From the NCBI GenBank assembly GCA_965205015.1, contig OZ242029.1, forward strand, positions 3,136,001 through 3,200,000: a DNA stretch of 64,000 bases. The letters are read 5' to 3'. The notes under the pieces were generated by a model. The model searched no databases. It was not told the DNA's origin and worked only from the letters and a program-made list of their open reading frames with translations. This stretch comes from Candidatus Poribacteria bacterium. Lineage in GTDB: Bacteria > Poribacteria > WGA-4E > WGA-3G. Both the position numbers and the translations under genes were made by a program. How positions within the stretch are numbered: position 1 is the stretch's first letter; every line of letters begins with the position of its first letter. Below are positions 9,334 to 18,369 of this stretch, one piece after another.

Positions 9334-10740
9334 CTAATAAGGTGTGTTGTTCGTCGTTAGGGCACACCAACGCGAAGCAAACAGATGGTTGAAAAGGGCT
9401 TCCTGTGCCTCTGGGGTCTGAATCTGCTTTAATGCCAAGGCGGCGTGGAAACGGACATATCGATTCTCATCTTCCAGCTGCGCGACAAGTGTAGGGATCG
9501 CTGGTTCAGCGAGTGTCCCCAATTTTGCTAAGGAACGGGCGGCGTTATCACGCACCCAATGATAGTCGTCCTGTAATCGGGTTGTTAACACCTGTACCAC
9601 CTCGGATAAATCCATCTCTTCTGAAACCTGTTGTCCGATGAGTCCCAACCCTTCTGTGGCGTGCCGTCGGACCCATTCGGAATTATCCTGTGCAGCGGTC
9701 GTTAGTGCAGGCATCGCCTCTTGCGCGGCTTTCCCCATATCCGCCAAGGCAAACGCCGCACTCGCCCGCACTGAATTATCTGTTGCTTGCAATGCGTCAA
9801 TGAGCGTCGGAACCGCGGAGGCACCGGTGAGGCTTAAAGCGTATCCTGCATATTCGCGAATAACATTGGATCGACTATACAACGCTTGCTTCAAGACAGG
9901 CACGACGGTCGCACCGACCCGTCCTAAGCGATACGCGGCATTTAATCTCTCTCTCTCGTTATCACTGTTCAAGGTCCCAATAAGGGGGTCCACCTCAGTC
10001 TGCGGGACACCGTTGCTCGTTCCATTCTGTTTTCCGATATACCAGTCCCACAGCGATTCCCATAATTCCGGATGCTCGGCTGCTGAACCGTTGCCGTAGG
10101 CGTACCAGTCGTCGGTATTGTTCTGCCATAGCGGTGCTTGTGGTTCATCGAGTCGGATAAAGAGGAACTTCAACATATATCGTTTCTTGTCACTCCGATT
10201 CGGCATGGCGCGGTGCCATAAATCGTAGTGGACAATTGTCACGGTACCTGCTTCGCCAGTGAGAGCGAGGTCAGGCTGTTCATGGGCACTCTCACCCGTC
10301 TCGTAATACTGCGATCCGGGTAACACGGCGGTAGGTCCCATATCTTCGGTGACCTCCTGCGGATAGTAGAATGCCATTGTCCAACGACAGCGGTGGCGTC
10401 GGATCTGTTCGTCCCCTTCGTAACTATCTTTATGGAAATTCTGACCTTCGCTGCCTTGTTGGTTGAAATGGCAGTATCGGTGCGAGTGCATCGCGTAGTT
10501 TTCACCGAGCACTCCCTGCATGGCACCGTGAACGCGGGGGTGATCAAAGACCTCTTGAATTTCAGGGATGAGGGGTAGGACATTGTTGCCCAAATTGCCC
10601 GTCCCTTCAAACATTGCGTCGAGTTGTTGATAAACGTTTTCGTGAAAGCTCGGCGGGAAATCGACTTTTACCTTGACGTAACCGTTGATAATGAAATCCC
10701 GCATCTCTTTATCGGTGAGTTGGAGTGCTTGGTTGTTCAT
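9334..10740 (-). CDS. PhyH-family dioxygenase fused to C-terminal HEAT/PBS-lyase repeats
   Basis: FHKDSY, MGPTAVLPGS, HYDLWHRAMPN..R motifs, then repeated VR..AA.AL.. HEAT units. Confidence 0.9.
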   Translation of the reverse strand: MNNQALQLTDKEMRDFIINGYVKVKVDFPPSFHENVYQQLDAMFEGTGNLGNNVLPLIPEIQEVFDHPRVHGAMQGVLGENYAMHSHRYCHFNQQGSEGQNFHKDSYEGDEQIRRHRCRWTMAFYYPQEVTEDMGPTAVLPGSQYYETGESAHEQPDLALTGEAGTVTIVHYDLWHRAMPNRSDKKRYMLKFLFIRLDEPQAPLWQNNTDDWYAYGNGSAAEHPELWESLWDWYIGKQNGTSNGVPQTEVDPLIGTLNSDNERERLNAAYRLGRVGATVVPVLKQALYSRSNVIREYAGYALSLTGASAVPTLIDALQATDNSVRASAAFALADMGKAAQEAMPALTTAAQDNSEWVRRHATEGLGLIGQQVSEEMDLSEVVQVLTTRLQDDYHWVRDNAARSLAKLGTLAEPAIPTLVAQLEDENRYVRFHAALALKQIQTPEAQEALFNHLFASRWCALTTNNTPY

Positions 10741-10750
10741 ACTGTGTTCC

Positions 10751-11242
10751 TCAGGAGTTTACAGTCTGCTGCTGCTTCAGCGTCTCGATTTCTTGTGTAA
10801 GTACTTCAATCTGCTTTTCGAGTGTGTGATCTTTTGTGTTTCGCCTGTGTGCTAAGATACCCCATACAGTTGCCCCTATCGCGATAAGTGCCAAGGGGAT
10901 GCCGATGCAGGCAATGATGATGTTATTTTGTCTGTCAAAACTCTTTTGAATATTGTCAAAATCTTTCTGAACATTGTCAAAATCTTTCTGAACATTGTCA
11001 AAACCGTTATTCATGGTTTCTTTTAAATTTTTGATCTCTGTCTGCCGAATAGCACCCTCCGTTTTTAGCGTATCAATATCTGTTTTTAGCGTATCAATAT
11101 CAGCCTTTAGAGGCATCACCTCTTTCTGAACTTCCTCTTTGACAATCAAGCGGATCTTGTCAAGGTCGGCATCTGTTAGCGCAGACATCGCCGGCATCGC
11201 GATTGCACAGAGCAGTATTGAGAAAAGCAAAATAGTTTTCAT
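10751..11242 (-). CDS. Signal-peptide, coiled-coil, C-terminal TM hypothetical protein with heptad tandem repeats
   Basis: Start moved to MKTILL (RBS AAGGGAG). DIDTLKT x2 and FDNVQKD x3 heptads, then a TM helix IIIACIGIPLALIAIGATVWGIL. Confidence 0.8.
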   Translation of the reverse strand: MKTILLFSILLCAIAMPAMSALTDADLDKIRLIVKEEVQKEVMPLKADIDTLKTDIDTLKTEGAIRQTEIKNLKETMNNGFDNVQKDFDNVQKDFDNIQKSFDRQNNIIIACIGIPLALIAIGATVWGILAHRRNTKDHTLEKQIEVLTQEIETLKQQQTVNS

Positions 11243-11309
11243 GACAGGACTCCCTTTTAGAATTAGTAAATCATATATGTCTCCGGGTGTCAATGAAAAA
11301 AGTGTGAAA

Positions 11310-12527
11310 TTATTTTTTCACAGCGCCGAAAGTGACACCGCGCAGGAGGTGACTCCGCATCAGGAAGGTGAAAACGGCAACGGGTAGGAGAAAAACGAAG
11401 GTCCCGGCGGCGATTTTTCCCCAATCCATACCCGTGGAACCGGTCGCGCTCGTAATCGAGGGGGGTGCGGTCACGGCTCTACCGCCGACCTCTGTGAGGA
11501 CCAAAGCGAATGCGAACTCGTTCCACGCTGTGATGAGACAGAACACAGCCGTCGCGGCAATACCTGTGACGGACTGTGGTAAAATGACCTTTAAGAAAGT
11601 TTGGAACCGTGAATAGCCATCAACGAGTGCTGCGTCCTCATATTCCTTTGGAATTTCGTCAATGAATCCTTTCATGAGCCACACCGCAAACGAAACATTA
11701 AAGGTGGTGTAAAGCAAAATCAGTCCGAAGTGTGTATCCCGCAACCCGAGTGCGCTATACATCAGATAGATCGGAATCACAACCACGACGGGTGGGAGCA
11801 TGCGGGTGCTGAGGATAAAAAAGAGCAGATCGTCTTTGCCTGCGATGTCGAATCGGGAGAAGGCGTAAGCTGCGAGTGTCCCGAGTCCGACGGCAAGAAT
11901 CGTGCTACCACCGCCGATGATAATGCTATTGAGGAGTTGGTAGAAGTACTTGGAGCCACCGTTTGCCAATACAACGCAGATCGCTATTGTTCCGAAAACG
12001 CTTGGTAATACGAGGGTGAGTCGCTGTTTTTTGGCAGTTTGCGATGTGAGTCCGCCAGTCCTCCGCCACGGAACAATTAAGAGATAGGCGATGATTGTGC
12101 AGGTAATGAGTAGCAGAAAATTAAACCGGGCATCCGTTTGAAGACGGCTTTGCAAGGGTTGCAGCGTCAGAAAACTGTAAAGACACGTTAAAATGAAAAC
12201 AGTGTTCCAGATGAAACCGAGATTTCGGAGCGACAAGGCACGGGGTAACCTCACGTTAAACAGCGAGAAGAAACCGAACAGTAATAATCCGACGACTACT
12301 TCTCCTAAGAATAGATATGTTACATCTGCGACCCCTTCCGAAGGCATCAACTTCTGATAGTTCTCTAACGATATGTCAAAGACGAACTTCGGGAGTTTTG
12401 TGGTAATATCAGACAGTTTCTTTAGAGAGGTCGCCAAAATCCAGTAAATCGGGGTGATGTAGATAATCACAGCGATAGCGATAAACGCCAATATAAGATA
12501 GTGGACAAAGTTTTTCCGATGCCGCAT
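11310..12527 (-). CDS. Carbohydrate ABC transporter permease (MalG-like) with an extra membrane insertion
   Basis: Start at MRHRKN (TAATG overlap with the upstream gene). EAA-like loop IPKEYEDAALVDG, TAWNEF. Confidence 0.9.
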   Translation of the reverse strand: MRHRKNFVHYLILAFIAIAVIIYITPIYWILATSLKKLSDITTKLPKFVFDISLENYQKLMPSEGVADVTYLFLGEVVVGLLLFGFFSLFNVRLPRALSLRNLGFIWNTVFILTCLYSFLTLQPLQSRLQTDARFNFLLLITCTIIAYLLIVPWRRTGGLTSQTAKKQRLTLVLPSVFGTIAICVVLANGGSKYFYQLLNSIIIGGGSTILAVGLGTLAAYAFSRFDIAGKDDLLFFILSTRMLPPVVVVIPIYLMYSALGLRDTHFGLILLYTTFNVSFAVWLMKGFIDEIPKEYEDAALVDGYSRFQTFLKVILPQSVTGIAATAVFCLITAWNEFAFALVLTEVGGRAVTAPPSITSATGSTGMDWGKIAAGTFVFLLPVAVFTFLMRSHLLRGVTFGAVKK

Positions 12528-13450
12528 TATGTCTCCTGCGTTTCTTCTCCCTTGACGCGATTCAGGTACTTTACGTAGATATTGCTCAGCGCCACAATAA
12601 TAATGAGCAGGATATACGCCATTGCGCACGCTTTACCGGTATTGTAGTTTCGAAAGGCGAGTTTATAGAGGTTCATGGATACAGTTTCTGTGGCAGTCCC
12701 GGGTCCACCCTCGCGCGTAAGCACATAGACGATGTCAAACATCTTGAAGGCGTCCATCGTCCTGAACAGGAGGGCAATCAGTAAAAGCGGCGAGACTAAC
12801 GGGAGGGTAATCCATCGAAACTTGAACCAAGCGGACGCTCTATCGACATCCGCGGCTTCATAGAGGAATTTCGGAACTGCGCTCAATCCTGCCAGGGCAA
12901 TCAGCATCATGAATGGGGACCACATCCATGTATCCACAATGACAACGGCTAACATCGCTACCTTCGGATGGGTCGTCCAACCGATAGGCGACTTTAAAAA
13001 GGGACTGAGAAAAAAGTTGAGCAAACCGGCGTTATCTGAAGAGAGGATGAAACGCCAGAAGAGTCCAACGACTACAGGCGACAGCATCATCGGTAGCAGG
13101 AGCAGCGTTGTGACGAAGCCTTTATATCGGAAGTCCCGATTCAGGAGCAGTGCCAGTCCGAATCCGATGAAGAATTGTGCGGCTACCGCAAGGATCACAA
13201 AATAGGCGGTGGTTTGAAAATAGCCCCAGATCTCTGGATCGGCGAGGAGGCGTGAATAATTACGGACACCGATAAATCTTGGTGCCGCGGGCATGGAGGC
13301 TTTGTAGCGATGGAAACTCAGGTACAGCGACCACAGGAGCGGAAAAATGTTCATCAAGATGAGCAAAATCATGGTGGGCATGATAAATGCCATCTTTAAC
13401 TGATAATCGCTCATCCCGCGCGCCGTTCGATGTGGGTGGTTGGTAAGCAT
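12527..13450 (-). CDS. Carbohydrate ABC transporter permease (MalF-like)
   Basis: FIGVRNY, WMWSPF, LYEAADVDRA, FKMFD motifs. Start set to MLTNHP (or a downstream Met) because the longer ORF reads through a microsatellite. Confidence 0.9.
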   Translation of the reverse strand: MLTNHPHRTARGMSDYQLKMAFIMPTMILLILMNIFPLLWSLYLSFHRYKASMPAAPRFIGVRNYSRLLADPEIWGYFQTTAYFVILAVAAQFFIGFGLALLLNRDFRYKGFVTTLLLLPMMLSPVVVGLFWRFILSSDNAGLLNFFLSPFLKSPIGWTTHPKVAMLAVVIVDTWMWSPFMMLIALAGLSAVPKFLYEAADVDRASAWFKFRWITLPLVSPLLLIALLFRTMDAFKMFDIVYVLTREGGPGTATETVSMNLYKLAFRNYNTGKACAMAYILLIIIVALSNIYVKYLNRVKGEETQET

Positions 13451-13479
13451 ATTTCTAACGAAACTTATGAAAGTACTAT

Positions 13480-13576
13480 GGAATGGAAAGGTGGAAGGAT
13501 TTGGAGGGAAGCGTGGAGGGGTGGAAGGATCGGATAGCCTCCACGCTTCCACGCTTCCACGCTTCCACGCTTCCAA
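13480..13576. repeat. (CCACGCTT)4 microsatellite forming an inverted repeat with upstream GGAAGCGTGGAGG
   Basis: GGAAGCGTGGAGG (13507-13519) pairs with CCTCCACGCTTCC (13538-13550). The 8-mer tandem continues to ~13575. Confidence 0.85.
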
Positions 13577-13579
13577 TCT

Positions 13580-14905
13580 CTACTCGTCGTAGTAGCCTGC
13601 GTCCTCAAAGATTTCCTCGTGTTTCCGTGCGATGGCGTCCAGTGCTTCCTTTGCGGACTTGATTTTGGAGATGGCTTGACTCCAATTCGTCTGGCAGACT
13701 TCTAAGAGTTCAGCATATTCCGGCACTGCCCAGAAATCGCGTAGATACGGGAAACTTGCGGCGAAAGCTTCGTTAAAGGGGGTTGCCGTCTTAAAGATAT
13801 CCGACTGTAACACCTCTTTGTGTGGCGTGAACCCACCGAGTGCTGCCCATTTCTCTTGTACAGGTTTCTGCATAAACCATTTCATGTATTGCTTGGCAAT
13901 ATCCTTGTTTTTAGAATAGGAAGAAATAGACATGCCTTGTCCGCCGATACTGATGTAATGCCCTTTCGGACCCGCGGGTGCTACAAAGAAACCGCTCTTG
14001 TCGTGGGAAATTTTATTCGATTCCGGGTTTAAGACACCGGGGAAAAAAGCGAAGTAATTCATCGCCATTGCGACCTTACCCGAGTTATAGGCACCGAGCG
14101 TCTCTGACCAATAGTAGTTCGGGGCATCCGGCGGTGAAAACTGGAGCAGATCCGTGTAAAATTCAAGGGCTTTAACGGTGTCCTCTGTGTTAATATGCCC
14201 GGCGACTTTATGGGTTTCTGCGTCGCCATACGCACCGCCGAAGCTCCACATCACCTGTTGGAACCCCATCGTAATGCCGTCATATTCCTTGCTATACCAT
14301 GTTGCGATACCGTAGAGGTCTTGATCCGGACGTGTGAAGAATTCGGCGATATCGCGGAGTTGGTCGTAGGTTTTCGGTGGGGCGAGTGCGTAGCCATATT
14401 TCTCTTGGAATGCCTTCATTTCGTTCGGGTCTTCAAACAGGTCCTTTCGATAGACATATCCAGCGGCATCCACCTCTGCGGGTAATGCCCAGTATGTGCC
14501 GCTGCCTTTTGGATACTCGGCAAACGCTGTCATCGCGGGCCCATAGATAGCATCAACATCTATGTTCTCATTAATCCAATCCGTTAGATTGATATAGTTT
14601 TTGCCTTGGGAGTTCCGACCGAGCCATTGGCTATCGCCAATGACGATGTCGTAAAGATCGCTTTTTCCCACAAAAGCCGTGAAGACCTTATCTTGGAAAT
14701 TGGGCCACGGAATTTGGATCACATCAACAGCAATGCCTGTTTCAGCGGTAAAGTCCTTCGAGAGTTCCTGCAAGTAATTCGCGGGATCCCATTCTGCCCA
14801 GACAATGGTTAAGGATTGCGATTGATGGTTGTCAGCCTTTGAGGTACTGACGAACGCAAGTGCGAGGATCAGCACAAAAACAAAACTTATGCGAACACTT
14901 TTCAT
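13580..14905 (-). CDS. Sugar ABC transporter substrate-binding protein
   Basis: Signal peptide. FTAETGI.V, YWALP, YRKDLF, PKTYDQL, GKVAM motifs of SBP_bac_1/8. Confidence 0.92.
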   Translation of the reverse strand: MKSVRISFVFVLILALAFVSTSKADNHQSQSLTIVWAEWDPANYLQELSKDFTAETGIAVDVIQIPWPNFQDKVFTAFVGKSDLYDIVIGDSQWLGRNSQGKNYINLTDWINENIDVDAIYGPAMTAFAEYPKGSGTYWALPAEVDAAGYVYRKDLFEDPNEMKAFQEKYGYALAPPKTYDQLRDIAEFFTRPDQDLYGIATWYSKEYDGITMGFQQVMWSFGGAYGDAETHKVAGHINTEDTVKALEFYTDLLQFSPPDAPNYYWSETLGAYNSGKVAMAMNYFAFFPGVLNPESNKISHDKSGFFVAPAGPKGHYISIGGQGMSISSYSKNKDIAKQYMKWFMQKPVQEKWAALGGFTPHKEVLQSDIFKTATPFNEAFAASFPYLRDFWAVPEYAELLEVCQTNWSQAISKIKSAKEALDAIARKHEEIFEDAGYYDE

Positions 14906-15045
14906 GTTTTTTTCCTCCGTATAAAGATCATGCGAGTTGTGATCAGCACCGGTTGAAATCTGATGTCCGGTTCGGTGCTATAATCGGGTATTATAAACGG
15001 AGTCCAAAATTTTTGCAAGAAAATTTATCTGAATGGGAAGGTCAG

Positions 15046-15768
15046 TCAAAGTTCACCGATGCAGAACACGGTATTCTTTGCTTCTAAACTCTGGATTTCG
15101 GAATAGTGGTAAACTTGGGTAACTTCCACGCCATTTTCAATGATGGCGGTGGGGCGTTCGATAACGAAGTCGGCGAAGTGCGGTGCGTTGAAGGCAACGT
15201 AGGCGAGGCTGAACGTCTCAATCTGCGGATCGTATCGCTTTGACAGATCTGGGAATAGAACAATTCCCGTATCAACTTGGTAGATGCCTGCGTTTTCGTC
15301 TATGTTCATCGTTTTAACGGGACACTCGATAATTGCCCGCAGGTGTGTATGGGTATCCCATATTTCTGTGTGCGTTACGATGGGTAGACACTTTTGTGTC
15401 GCCTCAAAGATGGCTGCGTTGCTATTGAGTACCTGAACCGGTGATGCCTCTTGAAGGTCAAACAGGGCGCCTCCCCAATACTCCCGCGCCGGTCTATACT
15501 CGACGTAGTTATCGTTGCAGTAGGCGTGCCTTCTGAAGACTGCGATATGTGCTTCGCCAAAAACAGGGAGGAAGTCATAGTTTGGATGTATGAAGAGGTT
15601 TTTCTCCGCAAAGGTGTGTTCACTCTTACACGAGCCGCATTGGTAATAATCGCTGAAACTTCCATCTGTGTCATCTATGATGCGGCATCGAGATTCGATC
15701 CAAAAGCGGGGGGCATTCCCGTTGCCAACAGAGTTGATAAAAGAGAGTCCATAATCAAGGCAATTCAT
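15046..15768 (-). CDS. Hypothetical protein (contains CGSCKSEH motif)
   Basis: 240 aa ORF with RBS AAGGA and an upstream sigma70-like promoter. No family recognised. Confidence 0.75.
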   Translation of the reverse strand: MNCLDYGLSFINSVGNGNAPRFWIESRCRIIDDTDGSFSDYYQCGSCKSEHTFAEKNLFIHPNYDFLPVFGEAHIAVFRRHAYCNDNYVEYRPAREYWGGALFDLQEASPVQVLNSNAAIFEATQKCLPIVTHTEIWDTHTHLRAIIECPVKTMNIDENAGIYQVDTGIVLFPDLSKRYDPQIETFSLAYVAFNAPHFADFVIERPTAIIENGVEVTQVYHYSEIQSLEAKNTVFCIGEL

Positions 15769-15807
15769 CGGTTTTCCTTTCGGTGTGGTATGTGATTCAG
15801 TGAACCC

Positions 15808-15878
15808 ATTTTATCCCAGCAGTCTTCATCTGTCAAGAAATCTTGACACTCACCCGTAACTACGCTGTAATAGAATTA
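15808..15878. promoter_or_regulatory. Divergent sigma70-like promoters sharing palindrome TGTCAAGA-AA-TCTTGACA; 49 bp direct repeat of 19497-19545
   Basis: Minus strand TTGACA-17-TAAAAT toward 15768. Plus strand TTGACA-17-TGTAAT. Confidence 0.7.
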
Positions 15879-15983
15879 AGCAATAAGTGGTTTTGGGATT
15901 CAGAAATTTTTTGAAAAAACCGCTCTGAACCCTTGATTTTATTGACTGTTCGCTACTAACGCTACCCGTATCAAAGGGACGCC

Positions 15984-16056
15984 TCACGCCAGAGGCGTGA
16001 TATGTCTATAGAAAGTGGCTCCAAAAGTCCTCGCCCTCCAGCGGAGTGCTATGTCT
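15984..16056. repeat. REP-like doublet (hairpin + TATGTCTA), related to 24032-24100 and 27900-27971
   Basis: TCACGCC-aga-GGCGTGA-tatgtctatagaa and CTCC-agc-GGAG-tgctatgtcta. Confidence 0.6.
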
Positions 16057-16219
16057 AACTCCGTGAATGTTCAGGGAAAACGTATTTTTTCTTCGGTTAT
16101 CTGCAGTCCCAAAACTCGTAGAAAAATAAAGAAGACGTTGGGAAAACAGCGTCCAACCAACATAAATTGTCCAAACTTTAGTTTTTTTAAGAAAAATTAG
16201 CAATTTTTGTAAATATAAT

Positions 16220-16248
16220 TTGCTTTTTACCTGAAAATTTTGTATAAT
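16220..16248 (+). promoter_or_regulatory. Sigma70-like promoter upstream of a ~515 nt leader
   Basis: TTGCTT-17 bp-TATAAT with an AT-rich upstream region. Confidence 0.65.
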
Positions 16249-16770
16249 CTTTAGTTACCTATGCCATTTATATTTTATATAATGAATAAGTAAAAAGTGA
16301 CCCAAGTAACTATAGAGCATTAGAAAGAGGATACGTTTTTTTGTTGCGATTTTCGCAACCGACAAAAACCTTGATAGATTTGAACATTTTACCTGAGGAA
16401 CGCTCGTGACGAAGTGCAGTTTACCCTTTGAATTAAAAAGGTCTCTGAAAGTGCGTGCGGCGATGCGCGCCCCGATGAGAGGGAGTGGCTGCTGCGTTTC
16501 GAGGCGTTCTGTCAATCCTCAAATAGCTAAAAACCCCCCCCGAATTCTCCACAAACGATAAGTAATTTATTTCATAAGACGACCCTGACGGTCCTTCATC
16601 GGACTGTCTTCGCGCCCGCAGGTGGTTCTGTTTTGCACAGCGCCTCCCATTGCGGGCTATTTTTGTTGCATCGGGTCTCTCCCGATGTGTTGGACACTCC
16701 AATACAACCACAGGCACGACGCCTTGTCAATATGGCTGTGTAAGTCGTGTTAAAAAGGAGATTTAGAAAA

Positions 16771-18078
16771 ATGTTTTCAAGAATACTGACTTTTAGCGTC
16801 TTATCCGTTTTTTGCGTATTGACGGCTATTTCATCTGTATACGCAGACAATCCGGGTGGTATTACTACTTGGGAAAATGAGTGGCATGATCATGATGGAA
16901 GGCGGCATGTTCATAAGGATGTAAAACACCGCCATGGAGGAGTTGACGATCTTCACGAGCATAAGAACCCTGACTATAATCATGATAAGGCACATACCGA
17001 GGACGTTGATATTGTGTGGATAGATAAAGAAGAGCGCCCTGATACAGAGCATACGCATTCCCTTTATACCCACCAACATGACGACTACGTGGTTCACACA
17101 CATAGAGGGACACACACGCACGCGTATACTCCAGGAGATGATGATCACACGCACCCGGGTCTCTCATGGAGTTTCAACCACGATCGAGTAGGTAGGCGCA
17201 CAGATACTACTGTGGATGAGCAACCTGTGAACCAGCCGACAGGGAATCAGCCGACAGGGAATCAACCGACAGTGAACCAGCCGACAGTGAATCAACCGAC
17301 GGTTACCCAATCGACGGGTACTCAACCCACAACGGTAGCGACGGGTGGCACATCTGAAGGGACATCGGAAGCAGGTGAGAGCCAAACCCCTGTTGACACA
17401 AGCATAGAACAAAATTTCCTCAGAGCCCAACAAAAATACGGAACAACGCTTGAGGGTACACCAGAAACACAACCCGAGCGTCAACCTTTATTACCCATAC
17501 GCATAACAGAGTATATGGTCAGAGATTGGTCTGCTGGGAGTAGTGGATTACCACAGTGGATTGAGGTGTATAACCCCAACACCGAGGCAGTCAACCTCAA
17601 AGGTTGGACGTTCCAATATGCCACCCGACGGTCAGCCAACGCTCCCCATAAAGTCCACACACTGACGATCGCTGGAACACAGGACGGGTTCAGCATAGCG
17701 GGGGGTGGTGTCGCGATCCTATCCACCCGAAAAGTTCCGGCATGGCGATTTTCCGGGATTGGAGCCTCCCAGGTCTACAACTTGAGCATAGACAACGTCC
17801 TCAAACGCGGGTGGGTGTTGACGGATGCCGATGGCAAGGAGATTCATCGTCTCGGTAGGGCTGCCTTTAGTGCGTTAGGGGATCCGGTGGCACCGCTCCA
17901 TCAGAACCAGGCGCGTGTCTCTCATCAGGTGGTCCCGAGCGAGTCGCCCTCGGAGGTTTATTACTATGGACATCGGGAAGACATGGGGTCTCCCGGGTTC
18001 TACAAGCAACCGGCGCCGGCGGCACCGAGTGCAGTCAGACGGAAACAGATCGGCACTTGGGCAGACTTGAAAAAATGA
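16771..18078 (+). CDS. Secreted His-rich protein with NQPT repeats, lamin-tail-like domain and C-terminal RRKQIGTWADLKK tail
   Basis: RBS AAGGAG before ATG 16771. Signal peptide, HxH-rich block, (NQPT[VG])n repeats. IRITEYM...PQWIEVYNP..EAVNLKGW is the lamin tail domain signature. Confidence 0.85.
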   Translation: MFSRILTFSVLSVFCVLTAISSVYADNPGGITTWENEWHDHDGRRHVHKDVKHRHGGVDDLHEHKNPDYNHDKAHTEDVDIVWIDKEERPDTEHTHSLYTHQHDDYVVHTHRGTHTHAYTPGDDDHTHPGLSWSFNHDRVGRRTDTTVDEQPVNQPTGNQPTGNQPTVNQPTVNQPTVTQSTGTQPTTVATGGTSEGTSEAGESQTPVDTSIEQNFLRAQQKYGTTLEGTPETQPERQPLLPIRITEYMVRDWSAGSSGLPQWIEVYNPNTEAVNLKGWTFQYATRRSANAPHKVHTLTIAGTQDGFSIAGGGVAILSTRKVPAWRFSGIGASQVYNLSIDNVLKRGWVLTDADGKEIHRLGRAAFSALGDPVAPLHQNQARVSHQVVPSESPSEVYYYGHREDMGSPGFYKQPAPAAPSAVRRKQIGTWADLKK

Positions 18079-18145
18079 GGTTTCATTATCATCAACTTCT
18101 GGGGGTGTGGTAAGAAGTCCGACGACACCCCTCCCCCTCACAATT

Positions 18146-18257
18146 TAGGACTTACGCAATGTGCATTTTAACCATCAACTCGGGTTTCCTTTGAATATTG
18201 TATCGGAGGCGAGTTGATGGTTAACCGCAAGTCCACACGCGACTTGCGCTATTGCGC
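18146..18257. repeat. TAGGACTTACGCA end plus 95 bp double-hairpin repeat, copy 2
   Basis: 18163-18257 nearly identical to 7436-7530. Confidence 0.9.
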
Positions 18258-18369
18258 GACTAAATGTAATAGTCGCGATTCGGGCTGCATCTTATACTGC
18301 ATCGCCTGATTTCAGTTTTGAAAGTTCGGTCCTTCCTTTGTCTGTCAACCGCCTCTCAATCATGAATTA

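Noticed and set aside
13451-13576. N-terminal extension MEAWKRGSVEAW of the permease
   Set aside because: It is a translation of the intergenic microsatellite/hairpin, not a plausible protein segment.
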